64,000 nucleotides of DNA, from assembly GCF_009914755.1 (NCBI RefSeq), contig NC_060929.1, one strand, 5' to 3'. The notes under the pieces are model-generated. The model was not told the origin of the DNA. It did no database searches and saw nothing but the letters and a program-made list of their open reading frames with translations. Source of the stretch: the human T2T-CHM13v2.0 reference genome, Homo sapiens. A program made the translations under genes and the position numbers. Below are positions 1-11,500 of this stretch, one piece after another. Each line of letters opens with the position of its first letter. Position 1 is the stretch's first letter.

Positions 1-168
1 TGGTAGAAAAGGAAATATCTTCGTATAAAAACTAGACAGAATGATTCTCAGAAACTCCTTTGTGATGTGTGTGTTCAACTCACAGAGTTTAACATTTCTT
101 TTCATAGAGCAGTTAGGAAACACTCTGTTTGTAAAGTCTGCAAGTGGATATTCAGACCTCTTTGAGGC

Positions 169-185
169 CTTCGTTGGAAACGGGT
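169..185 (+). promoter_or_regulatory. CENP-B box (first copy; recurs about every 340 bp, e.g. 509, 849, 1189)
   Basis: CTTCGTTGGAAACGGGT matches the 17-bp consensus NTTCGNNNNANNCGGGN. C and D2 dimers carry the canonical CTTCGTTGGAAACGGGA. Confidence 0.97.
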
Positions 186-241
186 TTTTTTCATATAAGG
201 CTAGACAGAAGAATTCCCAGTAACTTCCTTGTGTTGTGTGT

Positions 242-262
242 GTTCAACTCACAGAGTTGAAC
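242..262. repeat. Short inverted repeat GTTCAACTC-ACA-GAGTTGAAC (9-bp arms, 3-nt loop), recurring in B dimers
   Basis: The arms are exact reverse complements. An 8-bp-arm version occurs in the other A-type monomers and a one-mismatch version (GAGTTTAAC) in the CENP-B monomers. Confidence 0.9.
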
Positions 263-337
263 TTTCATTTACACAGAGCAGATTTGAAACACTCTTTTTG
301 TGGAATTTGCAAATGGAGATTTCAAGCGCTTTGAGGC

Positions 338-354
338 CAAAGGCAGAAAAGGAA
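338..354 (+). other. A-box (pJalpha-position) site of the A-type monomer, alternating with CENP-B boxes
   Basis: CAAAGGCAGAAAAGGAA here, CAATGGTAGAAAAGGAA or CAAAGGTAGAAAAGGAA in other dimers. It lies 169 bp after one CENP-B box and 171 bp before the next, at the homologous position. It is a degenerate match to the A-box consensus; protein binding is not shown. Confidence 0.75.
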
Positions 355-550
355 ATATCTTCGTATAAAAACTAGACAGAATCATTCTCAGAAACTGCTC
401 TGCGATGTGTGCGTTCAACTCTCAGAGTTTAACTTTTCTTTTCATTCAGCAGTTTGGAAACACTCTGTTTGTAAAGTCTGCACGTGGATAATTTGACCAC
501 TTAGAGGCCTTCGTTGGAAACGGGTTTTTTTCATGTAAGGCTAGACAGAA

Positions 551-890
551 GAATTCTCAGTAACTTCCTTGTGTTGTGTGTATTCAACTCACAGAGTTGA
601 ACGATCCTTTACACAGAGCAGACTTGTAACACTCTTTTTGTGGAATTTGCAAGTGGAGATTTCAGCCGCTTTGAAGTCAAAGGTAGAAAAGGAAATATCT
701 TCCTATAAAAACTAGACAGAATGATTCTCAGAAACTCCTTTGTGATGTGTACGTTCAACTCACAGAGTTTAACCTTTCTTTTCATAGAGCAGTTAGGAAA
801 CACTCTGTTTGTAAAGTCTGCAAGTGGATATTGAGACCTCTTTGAGGCCTTCGTTGGAAACGGGTTTTTTTCATATAAGGCTAGACAGAA
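551..890 (+). repeat. Dimer class A (example)
   Basis: Diagnostic words: ACGATCCTTT, GACTTGTAAC, GAAGTCAAAGGTAG, CTTCCTATAA, AACTCCTTTG, CATATAAGG. Confidence 0.9.
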
Positions 891-1910
891 GGATTCCCAG
901 TAACTTCCTTGTGTTGTGTGTGTTCAACTCACAGAGTTGAACTTTCATTTACAAAGAGCAGATTTGAAACACTCTTTTTGTGGAATTTGCAAGTGGAGAT
1001 TTCAAGCGCTTTGAGGCCAAAGGCAGAAAAGGAAATATCTTCGTATAAAAACTAGACAGAATCATTCTCAGAAACTGCTCTGCGATGTGTGCGTTCAACT
1101 CTCAGAGTTTAACTTTTCTTTTCATTCAGCAGTTTGGAAACACTCTGTTTGTAAAGTCTGCACGTGGATAATTTGACCACTTAGAGGCCTTCGTTGGAAA
1201 CGGGTTTTTTTCATGTAAGGCTAGACAGAAGAATTCTCAGTAACTTCCTTGTGTTGTGTGTATTCAACTCACAGAGTTGAACGATCCTTTACACAGAGCA
1301 GACTTGTAACACTCTTTTTGTGGAATTTGCAAGTGGAGATTTCAGCCGCTTTGAAGTCAAAGGTAGAAAAGGAAATATCTTCCTATAAAAACTAGACAGA
1401 ATGATTCTCAGAAACTCCTTTGTGATGTGTGCGTTCAACTCACAGAGTTTAACCTTTCTTTTCATAGAGCAGTTAGGAAACACTCTGCTTGTAAAGTCTG
1501 CAAGTGGATATTCAGCCCTCTTTGAGGCCTTCGTTGGAAACGGGTTTTTTTCATATAAGGCTAGACAGAAGAATTCCCAGTAACTTCCTTGTGTTGTGTG
1601 TGTTCAACTCACAGAGTTGAACTTTCATTTACACAGAGCAGATTTGAAACACTCTTTTTGTGGAATTTACAAGTGGAGATTTCAAGCGCTTTGAGGCCAA
1701 AGGCAGAAAAGGAAATATCTTCGTATAAAAACTAGACAGAATCATTCTCAGAAACTGCTCTGCGATGTGTGCGTTCAACTCTCAGAGTTTAACTTTTCTT
1801 TTCATTCAGCAGTTTGGAAACACTCTGTTTGTAAAGTCTGCACGTGGATATTTTGACCACTTAGAGGCCTTCGTTGGAAACGGGTTTTTTTCCTGTAAGG
1901 CTAGACAGAA

Positions 1911-2249
1911 GAATTCCCAGTAACTTCCTTGTGTTGTGTACATTCAACTCACAGAGTTGAACGTTCCCTTAGACAGAGCAGATTTGAAACACTCTTTTTG
2001 TGCAATTGGCAAGTGGAGATTTCAAGCGCTTTGAGGTCAATGGCAGAAAAGGAAATATCTTCGTTTCAAAACTAGACAGAATCATTCCCACAAACTGCGT
2101 TGTGATGTGTTCGTTCAACTCACAGAGTTTAACCTTTCTTTTCATAGAGCAGTTAGGAAACACTCTGTTTGAAAATTCTGTAAGTGGATACTCTGACATC
2201 TTGAGGCCTTCGTTGGAAACGGGATTTCTTCATATTCTGCTAGACAGAA
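1911..2249 (+). repeat. Dimer class C (example; 339 bp; one per HOR, 25 copies in window)
   Basis: Diagnostic words: GTACATTC, ACGTTCCCTTAG, TGCAATTGGC, CATTCCCACAAACTGCG, CTGACATCTT, CATATTCTG. Copies are marked by the 25 recurring 99-aa pseudo-ORFs in the track. Confidence 0.9.
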
Positions 2250-2588
2250 GAATTCTCAGAATCTTCCTTGTGTTGTGTGTATTCAACTCACAGAGTTGAA
2301 CGATGGTTTACACAGAGCAGATTTGAAACACTCATTTGGTGGAATTTGCAAGTGGAGATTTCAAGCGCTTTGAGGTCAATGGTAGAAAAGGAAATATCTT
2401 CGTATAACAACTAGACAGAATGATTCTCAGAAACTTCTTTGTGATGTGTGTGTTCAACTCACAGAGTTTAACCTTTCTTTTCATAGAGCAGTTAGGAAAC
2501 ACTGTGTTTTTAAACTCTGCAAGTGGATATTCAGACCTCTTTGAGGCCTTCGTTGGAAACGGGTTTCTTCATACTGTGCTAGACAGAA
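2250..2588 (+). repeat. Dimer class D (example, D1 variant)
   Basis: Diagnostic words: CAGAATCTTCC, CGATGGTTTA, AAACTTCTTTG, AAACTCTGC, CATACTGTG. It follows C in nearly every unit. Confidence 0.9.
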
Positions 2589-5500
2589 GAATTCTCAGTA
2601 ACTTCCTTGTGTTGTGTGTATTCAACTCACAGAGTTGAACCATCCTTTACACAGAGCAGACTTGAAACACTCTTTTTGTGGAATTTGCAAGTGGAGATTT
2701 CAGCCGCGTTGAGGTCAATGGTAGAAAAGGAAATATCTTCGTATAAAAACTAGACAGAATGATTCTCAGAAACTCCTTTGTGATGTGTGCGTTCAACTCA
2801 CAGAGTTTAACCTTTCTTTTCATAGAGCAGTTAGGAAACACTCTGCTTGTAAAGTCTGCAAGTGGATATTCAGACCTCTTTGAGGCCTTCGTTGGAAACG
2901 GGTTTTTTTCATATAAGGCTAGACAGAAGAATTCCCAGTAACTTCCTTGTGTTGTGTGTGTTCAACTCACAGAGTTGAACTTTCATTTACACAGAGCAGA
3001 TTTGAAACACTCTTTTTGTGGAATTTGCAAATGGAGATTTCAAGCGCTTTGAGGCCAAAGGCAGAAAAGGAAATATCTTCGTATAAAAACTAGACAGAAT
3101 CATTCTCAGAAACTGCTCTGCGATGTGTGCGTTCAACTCTCAGAGTTTAACTTTTCTTTTCATTCAGCAGTTTGGAAACACTCTGTTTGTAAAGTCTGCA
3201 CGTGGATAATTTGACCACTTAGAGGCCTTCGTTGGAAACGGGTTTTTTTCATGTAAGGCTAGACAGAAGAATTCTCAGTAACTTCCTTGTGTTGTGTGTA
3301 TTCAACTCACAGAGTTGAACGATCCTTTACACAGAGCAGACTTGTAACACTCTTTTTGTGGAATTTGCAAGTGGAGATTTCAGCCGCTTTGAAGTCAAAG
3401 GTAGAAAAGGAAATATCTTCCTATAAAAACTAGACAGAATGATTCTCAGAAACTCCTTTGTGATGTGTGCGTTCAACTCACAGAGTTTAACCTTTCTTTT
3501 CATAGAGCAGTTAGGAAACACTCTGCTTGTAAAGTCTGCAAGTGGATATTCAGCCCTCTTTGAGGCCTTCGTTGGAAACGGGTTTTTTTCATATAAGGCT
3601 AGACAGAAGAATTCCCAGTAACTTCCTTGTGTTGTGTGTGTTCAACTCACAGAGTTGAACTTTCATTTACACAGAGCAGATTTGAAACACTCTTTTTGTG
3701 GAATTTGCAAGTGGAGATTTCAAGCGCTTTGAGGCCAAAGGCAGAAAAGGAAATATCTTCGTATAAAAACTAGACAGAATCATTCTCAGAAACTGCTCTG
3801 CGATGTGTGCGTTCAACTCTCAGAGTTTAACTTTTCTTTTCATTCAGCAGTTTGGAAACACTCTGTTTGTAAAGTCTGCACGTGGATATTTTGACCACTT
3901 AGAGGCCTTCGTTGGAAACGGGTTTTTTTCCTGTAAGGCTAGACAGAAGAATTCCCAGTAACTTCCTTGTGTTGTGTACATTCAACTCACAGAGTTGAAC
4001 GTTCCCTTAGACAGAGCAGATTTGAAACACTCTTTTTGTGCAATTGGCAAGTGGAGATTTCAAGCGCTTTGAGGTCAATGGCAGAAAAGGAAATATCTTC
4101 GTTTCAAAACTAGACAGAATCATTCCCAAAAACTGCGTTGTGATGTGTTCGTTCATCTCAGAGAGTTTAACCTTTCTTTTCATAGAGCAGTTAGGAAACA
4201 GTCTGTTTGTAAATTCTGTAAGTGGATATTCTGACATCTTGTGGCCTTCGTTGGAAACGGGATTTCTTCATATTCTGCTAGACAGAAGAATTCTCAGAAT
4301 CTTCCTTGTGTTGTGTGTATTCAACTCACAGAGTTGAACGATGGTTTACACAGAGCAGATTTGAAACACTCTTTTTGTGGAATTTGCAAGTGGAGATTTC
4401 AGCCGCTTTGAGGTCAATGGTAGAAAAGGAAATATCTTCGTATAAAAACTAGACAGAATGATTCTCAGAAACTTCTTTGTGATATGTGCGTTCAACTCAC
4501 AGAGTTTAACCTTTCTTTTCATAGAGCAGTTAGGAAACACTCTGTTTGTAAACTCTGCAAGTGGATATTCAGACCTCTTTGAGGCCTTCGTTGGAAACGG
4601 GATTTCTTCATACTGTGCTAGACAGAAGAATTCTCAGTAACTTCCTTGTGTTGTGTGTATTCAACTCACAGAGTTGACCGATCCTTTACACAGAGCAGAC
4701 TTGTAACACTCTTTTTGTGGAATTTGCAAGTGGAGATTTCAGCCGCTTTGAAGTCAAAGGTAGAAAAGGGAATATCTTCATATAAAAACTAGACAGAATG
4801 ATTCTCAGAAACTCCTTTGTGATGTGTGCGTTCAACTCACAGAGTTTAACCTTTCTTTTCATGGAGCAGTTAGGAAACACTCTGCTTGTAAAGTCTGCAA
4901 GTGGATATTCAGCCCTCTTTGAGGCCTTCGTTGGAAACGGGTTTTTTTCATATAAGGCTAGACAGAAGAATTCCCAGTAACTTCCTTGTGTTGTGTGTGT
5001 TCAACTCACAGAGTTGAACTTTCATTTACACAGAGCAGATTTGAAACACTCTTTTTGTGGAATTTGCAAGTGGAGATTTCAAGCGCTGTGAGGCCAAAGG
5101 CAGAAAAGGAAATATCTTCGTATAAAAACTAGACAGAATCATTCTCAGAAACTGCTCTGCGATGTGTGCGTTCAACTCTCAGAGTTTAACTTTTCTTTTC
5201 ATTCAGCAGTTTGGAAACACTCTGTTTGTAAAGTCTGCACGTGGATAATTTGACCACTTAGAGGCCTTCGTTGGAAACGGGTTTTTTTCATGTAAGGCTA
5301 GACAGAAGAATTCTCAGTAACTTGCTTGTGTTGTGTGTATTCAACTCACACAGTTGAACGATCCTTTACACAGAGCAGACTTGTAACACTCTTTTTGTGG
5401 AATTTGCAAGTGGAGATTTCAGCCGCTTTGAAGTCAAATGTAGAAAAGGAAATATCTTCCTATAAAAACTAGACAGAATGATTCTCAGAAACTCCTTTGT

Positions 5501-8500
5501 GATGTGTGCGTTCAACTCACAGAGTTTAACCTTTCTTTTCATAGAGCAGTTAGGAAACACTCTGTTTGTAAAGTCTGCAAGTGGATATTCAGACCTCTTT
5601 GAGGCCTTCGTTGGAAACGGGTTTTTTTCATATAAGGCTAGACAGAAGAATTCCCAGTAACTTCCTTGTGTTGTGTGTGTTCAACTCACAGAGTTGAACT
5701 TTCATTTACACAGAGCAGATTTGAAACACTCTTTTTGTGGAATTTGCAAGTGGAGATTTCAAGCGCTTTGAGGCCAAAGGCAGAAAAGGAAATATCTTCG
5801 TATAAAAACTAGACAGAATCATTCTCAGAAACTGCTCTGTGATGTGTGCGTTCAACTCTCAGAGTTTAACTTTTCTTTTCATTCAGCAGTTTGGAAACAC
5901 TCTGTTTGTAAAGTCTGCAGGTGGATAATTTGACCACTTAGAGGCCTTCGTTGGAAACGGGTTTTTTTCATGTAAGGCTAGACAGAAGAGTTCTCAGTAA
6001 CTTCCTTGTGTTGTGTGTATTCAACTCACACAGTTGAACGATCCTTTACAGAGAGCAGACTTGTAACACTCTTTTTGTGGAATTTGCAAGTGGAGATTTC
6101 AGCCGCTTTGAAGTCAAAGTAGAAAAGGAAATATCTTCCTATAAAAACTAGACAGAATGATTCTCAGAAACTCCTTTGTGATGTGTACGTTCAACTCACA
6201 GAGTTTAACCTTTCTTTTCATAGAGCAGTTAGGAAACACTCTGTTTGTAAAGTCTGCAAGTGGATATTGAGACCTCTTTGAGGCCTTCGTTGGAAACGGG
6301 TTTTTTTCATATAAGGCTAGACAGAAGGATTCCCAGTAACTTCCTTGTGTTGTGTGTGTTCAACTCACAGAGTTGAACTTTCATTTACAAAGAGCAGATT
6401 TGAAACACTCTTTTTGTGGAATTTGCAAGTGGAGATTTCAAGCGCTTTGAGGCCAAAGGCAGAAAAGGAAATATCTTCGTATAAAAACTAGACAGAATCA
6501 TTCTCAGAAACTGCTCTGCGATGTGTGCGTTCAACTCTCAGAGTTTAACTTTTCTTTTCATTCAGCAGTTTGGAAACACTCTGTTTGTAAAGTCTGCACG
6601 TGGATAATTTGACCACTTAGAGGCCTTCGTTGGAAACGGGTTTTTTTCATGTAAGGCTAGACAGAAGAATTCTCAGTAACTTCCTTGTGTTGTGTGTATT
6701 CAACTCACACAGTTGAACGATCCTTTACACAGAGCAGACTTGTAACACTCTTTTTGTGGAATTTGCAAGTGGAGATTTCAGCTGCTTTGAAGTCAAAGGT
6801 AGAAAAGGAAATATCTTCCTATAAAAACTAGACAGAATGATTCTCAGAAACTCCTTTGTGATGTGTGCGTTCAACTCACAGAGTTTAACCTTTCTTTTCA
6901 TAGAGCAGTTAGGAAACACTCTGCTTGTAAAGTCTGCAAGTGGATATTCAGCCCTCTTTGATGCCTTCGTTGGAAACGGGTTTTTTTCATATAAGGCTAG
7001 ACAGAAGAATCCCCAGTAACTTCCTTGTGTTGTGTGTGTTCAACTCACAGAGTTGAACTTTGATTTACACAGAGCAGATTTGAAACACTCTTTTTGTGGA
7101 ATTTGCAAGTGGAGATTTCAAGCGCTTTGAGGCCAAAGGCAGAAAAGGAAATATCTTCGTATAAAAACTAGACAGAATCATTCTCAGAAACTGCTCTGCG
7201 ATGTGTGCGTTCAACTCTCAGAGTTTAACTTTTCTTTTCATTCAGCAGTTTGGAAACACTCTGTTTGTAAAGTCTGCACGTGGATATTTTGACCACTTAG
7301 AGGCCTTCGTTGGAAACGGGTTTTTTTCCTGTAAGGCTAGACAGAAGAATTCCCAGTAACTTCCTTGTGTTGTGTACATTCAACTCACAGAGTTGAACGT
7401 TCCCTTAGACAGAGCAGATTTGAAACACTCTTTTTGTGCAATTGGCAAGTGGAGATTTCAAGCGCTTTAAGGTCAATGGCAGAAAAGGAAATATCTTCGT
7501 TTCAAAACTAGGCAGAATCATTCCCACAAACTGCGTTGTGATGTGTTCGTTCATCTCACAGAGTTTAACCTTTCTTTTCATAGAGCAGTTAGGAAACACT
7601 CTGTTTCTAAATTCTGTAAGTGGATATTCTGACATCTTGTGGCCTTCGTTGGAAACGGGATTTCTTCATATTCTGCTAGACAGAAGAATTCTCAGAATCT
7701 TCCTTGTGTTGTGTGTATTCAACTCACACAGTTGAACGATGGTTTACACAGAGCAGATTTGAAACACTCTTTTTGTGGAATATGCAAGTGGAGATTTCAG
7801 CCGCTTTGAGGTCAATGGTAGAAAAGGAAATATCTTCGTATAAAAACTAGACAGAATGATTCTCAGAAACTTCTTTGTGATGTGTGCGTTCAACTCACAG
7901 AGTTTAACCTTTCTTTTCATAGAGCAGTTAGGAAACACTCTGTTTGTAAACTCTGCAAGTGGATATTCAGACCTCTTCGAGGCCTTCGTTGGAAACGGGA
8001 TTTCTTCATACTGTGCTAGACAGAAGAATTCTCAGTAACTTCCTTGTGTTGTGTGTATTCAACTCACAGAGTTGAACGATCCTTTACACAGAGCAGACTT
8101 GGAACACTCTTTTTGTGGAATTTGCAAGTGGAGATTTCAGCCGCTTTGAAGTCAAATGTAGAAAAGGAAATATCTTCCTATAAAAACTAGACAGAATGAT
8201 TCTCAGAAACTCCTTTGTGATGTGTGCGTTCAACTCACAGAGTTTAACCTTTCTTTTCATAGAGCAGTTAGGAAACACTCTGTTTGTAAAGTCTGCAAGT
8301 GGATATTCAGACCTCTTTGAGGCCTTCGTTGGAAACGGGTTTTTTTCATATAAGGCTAGACAGAAGAATTCCCAGTAACTTCCTTGTGTTGTGTGTGTTC
8401 AACTCACAGAGTTGAACTTTCATTTACACAGAGCAGATTTGAAACACTCTTTTTGTGGAATTTGCAAGTGGAGATTTCAAGCGATTTGAGGCCAAAGGCA

Positions 8501-11500
8501 GAAAAGGAAATATCTTCGTATAAAAACTAGACAGAATCATTCTCAGAAACTGCTCTGTGATGTGTGCGTTCAACTCTCAGAGTTTAACTTTTCTTTTCAT
8601 TCAGCAGTTTGGAAACACTCTGTTTCTAAAGTCTGCACGTGGATAATTTGACCACTTAGAGGCCTTCGTTGGAAACGGGTTTTTTTCATGTAAGGCTAGA
8701 CAGAAGAGTTCTCAGTAACTTCCTTGTGTTGTGTGTATTCAACTCACACAGTTGAACGATCCTTTACAGAGAGCAGACTTGTAACACTCTTTTTGTGGAA
8801 TTTGCAAGTGGAGATTTCAGCCGCTTTGAAGTCAAAGTAGAAAAGGAAATATCTTCCTATAAAAACTAGACAGAATGATTCTCAGAAACTCCTTTGTGAT
8901 GTGTGCGTTCAACTCACAGAGTTTAACCTTTCTTTTCATAGAGCAGTTAGGAAACACTCTGTTTGTAAAGTCTGCAAGTGGATATTCAGACCTCTTTGAG
9001 GCCTTCGTTGGAAACGGGTTTTTTTCATATAAGGCTAGACAGAAGAATTCCCAGTAACTTCCTTGTGTTGTGTGTGTTCAACTCACAGAGTTGAACTTTC
9101 ATTTACACAGAGCAGATTTGAAACACTCTTTTTGTGGAATTTGCAGGTGGAGATTTCAAGCGCTTTGAGGCCAAAGGCAGAAAAGGAAATATCTTCGTAT
9201 AAAAACTAGACAGAATCATTCTCAGAAACTGCTCTGCGATGTGTGCGTTCAACTCTCAGAGTTTAACTTTTCTTTTCATTCAGCAGTTTGGAAACACTCT
9301 GTTTGTAAAGTCTGCACGTGGATAATTTGACCACTTAGAGGCCTTCGTTGGAAACGGGTTTTTTTCATGTAAGGCTAGACAGAAGAATTCTCAGTAACTT
9401 CCTTGTGTTGTGTGTATTCAACTCACAGAGTTGAACGATCCTTTACACAGAGCAGACTTGTAACACTCTTTTTGTGGAATTTGCAAGTGGAGATTTCAGC
9501 CGCTTTGAAGTCAAAGGTAGAAAAGGAAATATCTTCCTATAAAAACTAGACAGAATGATTCTCAGAAACTCCTTTGTGATGTGTGCGTTCAACTCACAGA
9601 GTTTAACCTTTCTTATCATAGAGCAGTTAGGAAACACTCTGCTTGTAAAGTCTGCAAGTGGATATTCAGCCCTCTTTGAGGCCTTCTTTGGAAACGGGTT
9701 TTTTTCATATAAGGCTAGACAGAAGAATTCCCAGTAACTTCCTTGTGTTGTGTGTGTTCAACTCACAGAGTTGAACTTTGATTTACACAGAGCAGATTTG
9801 AAACACACTTTTTGTGGAATTTGCAAGTGGAGATTTCAAGCGCTTTGAGGCCAAAGGCAGAAAAGGAAATATCTTCGTATAAAAACTAGACAGAATCATT
9901 CTCAGAAACTGCTCTGCGATGTGTGCGTTCAACTCTCAGAGTTTAACTTTTCTTTTCATTCAGCAGTTTGGAAACACTCTGTTTGTAAAGTCTGCACGTG
10001 GATATTTTGACCACTTAGAGGCCTTCGTTGGAAACGGGTTATTTTCCTGTAAGGCTAGACAGAAGAATTCCCAGTAACTTCCTTGTGTTGTGTACATTCA
10101 ACTCACAGAGTTGAACGTTCCCTTAGACAGAGCAGATTTGAAACACTCTTTTTGTGCAATTGGCAAGTGGAGATTTCAAGCGCTTTAAGGTCAATGGCAG
10201 AAAAGGAAATATCTTCGTTTCAAAACTAGGCAGAATCATTCCCACAAACTGCGTTGTGATGTGTTCGTTCATCTCACAGAGTTTAACCTTTCTTTTCATA
10301 GAGCAGTTAGGAAACAGTCTGTTTGTAAATTCTGTAAGTGGATATTCTGACATCTTGTGGCCTTCGTTGGAAACGGGATTTCTTCATATTCTGCTAGACA
10401 GAAGAATTCTCAGAATCTTCCTTGTGTTGTGTGTATTCAACTCACACAGTTGAACGATGGTTTACACAGAGCAGATTTGAAACACTCTTTTTGTGGAATT
10501 TGCAAGTGGAGATTTCAGCCGCTTTGAGGTCAATGGTAGAAAAGGAAATATCTTCGTATAAAAACTAGACAGAATGATTCTCAGAAACTTCTTTGTGATG
10601 TGTGCGTTCAACTCACAGAGTTTAACCTTTCTTTTCATAGAGCAGTTAGGAAACACTCTGTTTGTAAACTCTGCAAGTGGACATTCAGACCTCTTTGAGG
10701 CCTTCGTTGGAAACGGGATTTCTTCATACTGTGCTAGACAGAAGAATTCTCAGAATCTTCCTTGTGTTGTGTGTATTCAACTCACACAGTTGAACGATCC
10801 TTTACACAGAGCAGACTTGGAACACTCTTTTTGTGGAATTTGCAAGTGGAGATTTCAGCCGCTTTGAAGTCAAATGTAGAAAAGGAAATATCTTCCTATA
10901 AAAACTAGACAGAATGATTCTCAGAAACTCCTTTGTGATGTGTGCGTTCAACTCACAGAGTTTAACCTTTCTTTTCATAGAGCAGTTAGGAAACACTCTG
11001 TTTGTAAAGTCTGCAAGTGGATATTCAGACCTGTTTGAGGCCTTCGTTGGAAACGGGTTTTTTTCATATAAGGCTAGACAGAAGAATTCCCAGTAACTTC
11101 CTTGTGTTGTGTGTGTTCAACTCACAGAGTTGAACTTTCATTTACACAGAGCAGATTTGAAACACTCTTTTTGTGGAATTTGCAAGTGGAGATTTCAAGC
11201 GCTTTGAGGCCAAAGGCAGAAAAGGAAATATCTTCGTATATAAACTAGACAGAATCATTCTCAGAAACTGCTCTGTGATGTGTGCGTTCAACTCTCAGAG
11301 TTTAACTTTTCTTTTCATTCAGCAGTTTGGAAACACTCTGTTTGTAAAGTCTGCACGTGGATAATTTGATCACTTAGAGGCCTTCGTTGGAAACGGGTTT
11401 TTTTCATGTAAGGCTAGACAGAAGAGTTCTCAGTAACTTCCTTGTGTTGTGTGTATTCAACTCACACAGTTGAACGATCCTTTACAGAGAGCAGACTTGT

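Larger units (their letters stand above)
211..550 (+). repeat. Dimer class B (example, measured from the EcoRI position)
   Basis: Diagnostic words: AACTTTCATT, GAGGCCAAAGGCAG, AACTGCTCTGCG, CATTCAGCAGTTTGG, CACGTGGATA, GACCACTTAGAGG. Confidence 0.9.

Noticed and set aside
229-244. Short (TG)n and T7 runs
   Set aside because: They are intrinsic parts of the monomer with nearly constant length, not independent microsatellites or terminators.
378-388. AGAATCATTCT (B) versus AGAATGATTCT (A, D) are reverse complements, a possible 1-nt loop inversion
   Set aside because: This cannot be distinguished from an ordinary C/G point substitution.
481-486. CACGTG E-box in nearly every B dimer
   Set aside because: It is a single-base variant of CAAGTG amplified with the repeat, and nothing in the sequence supports function.
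5982-6000. Periodic loss of the EcoRI site (GAGTTC, GGATTC, GAATCC)
   Set aside because: These are ordinary sequence variants that would give 680-bp fragments; they are already covered as positional markers and are not a separate system.
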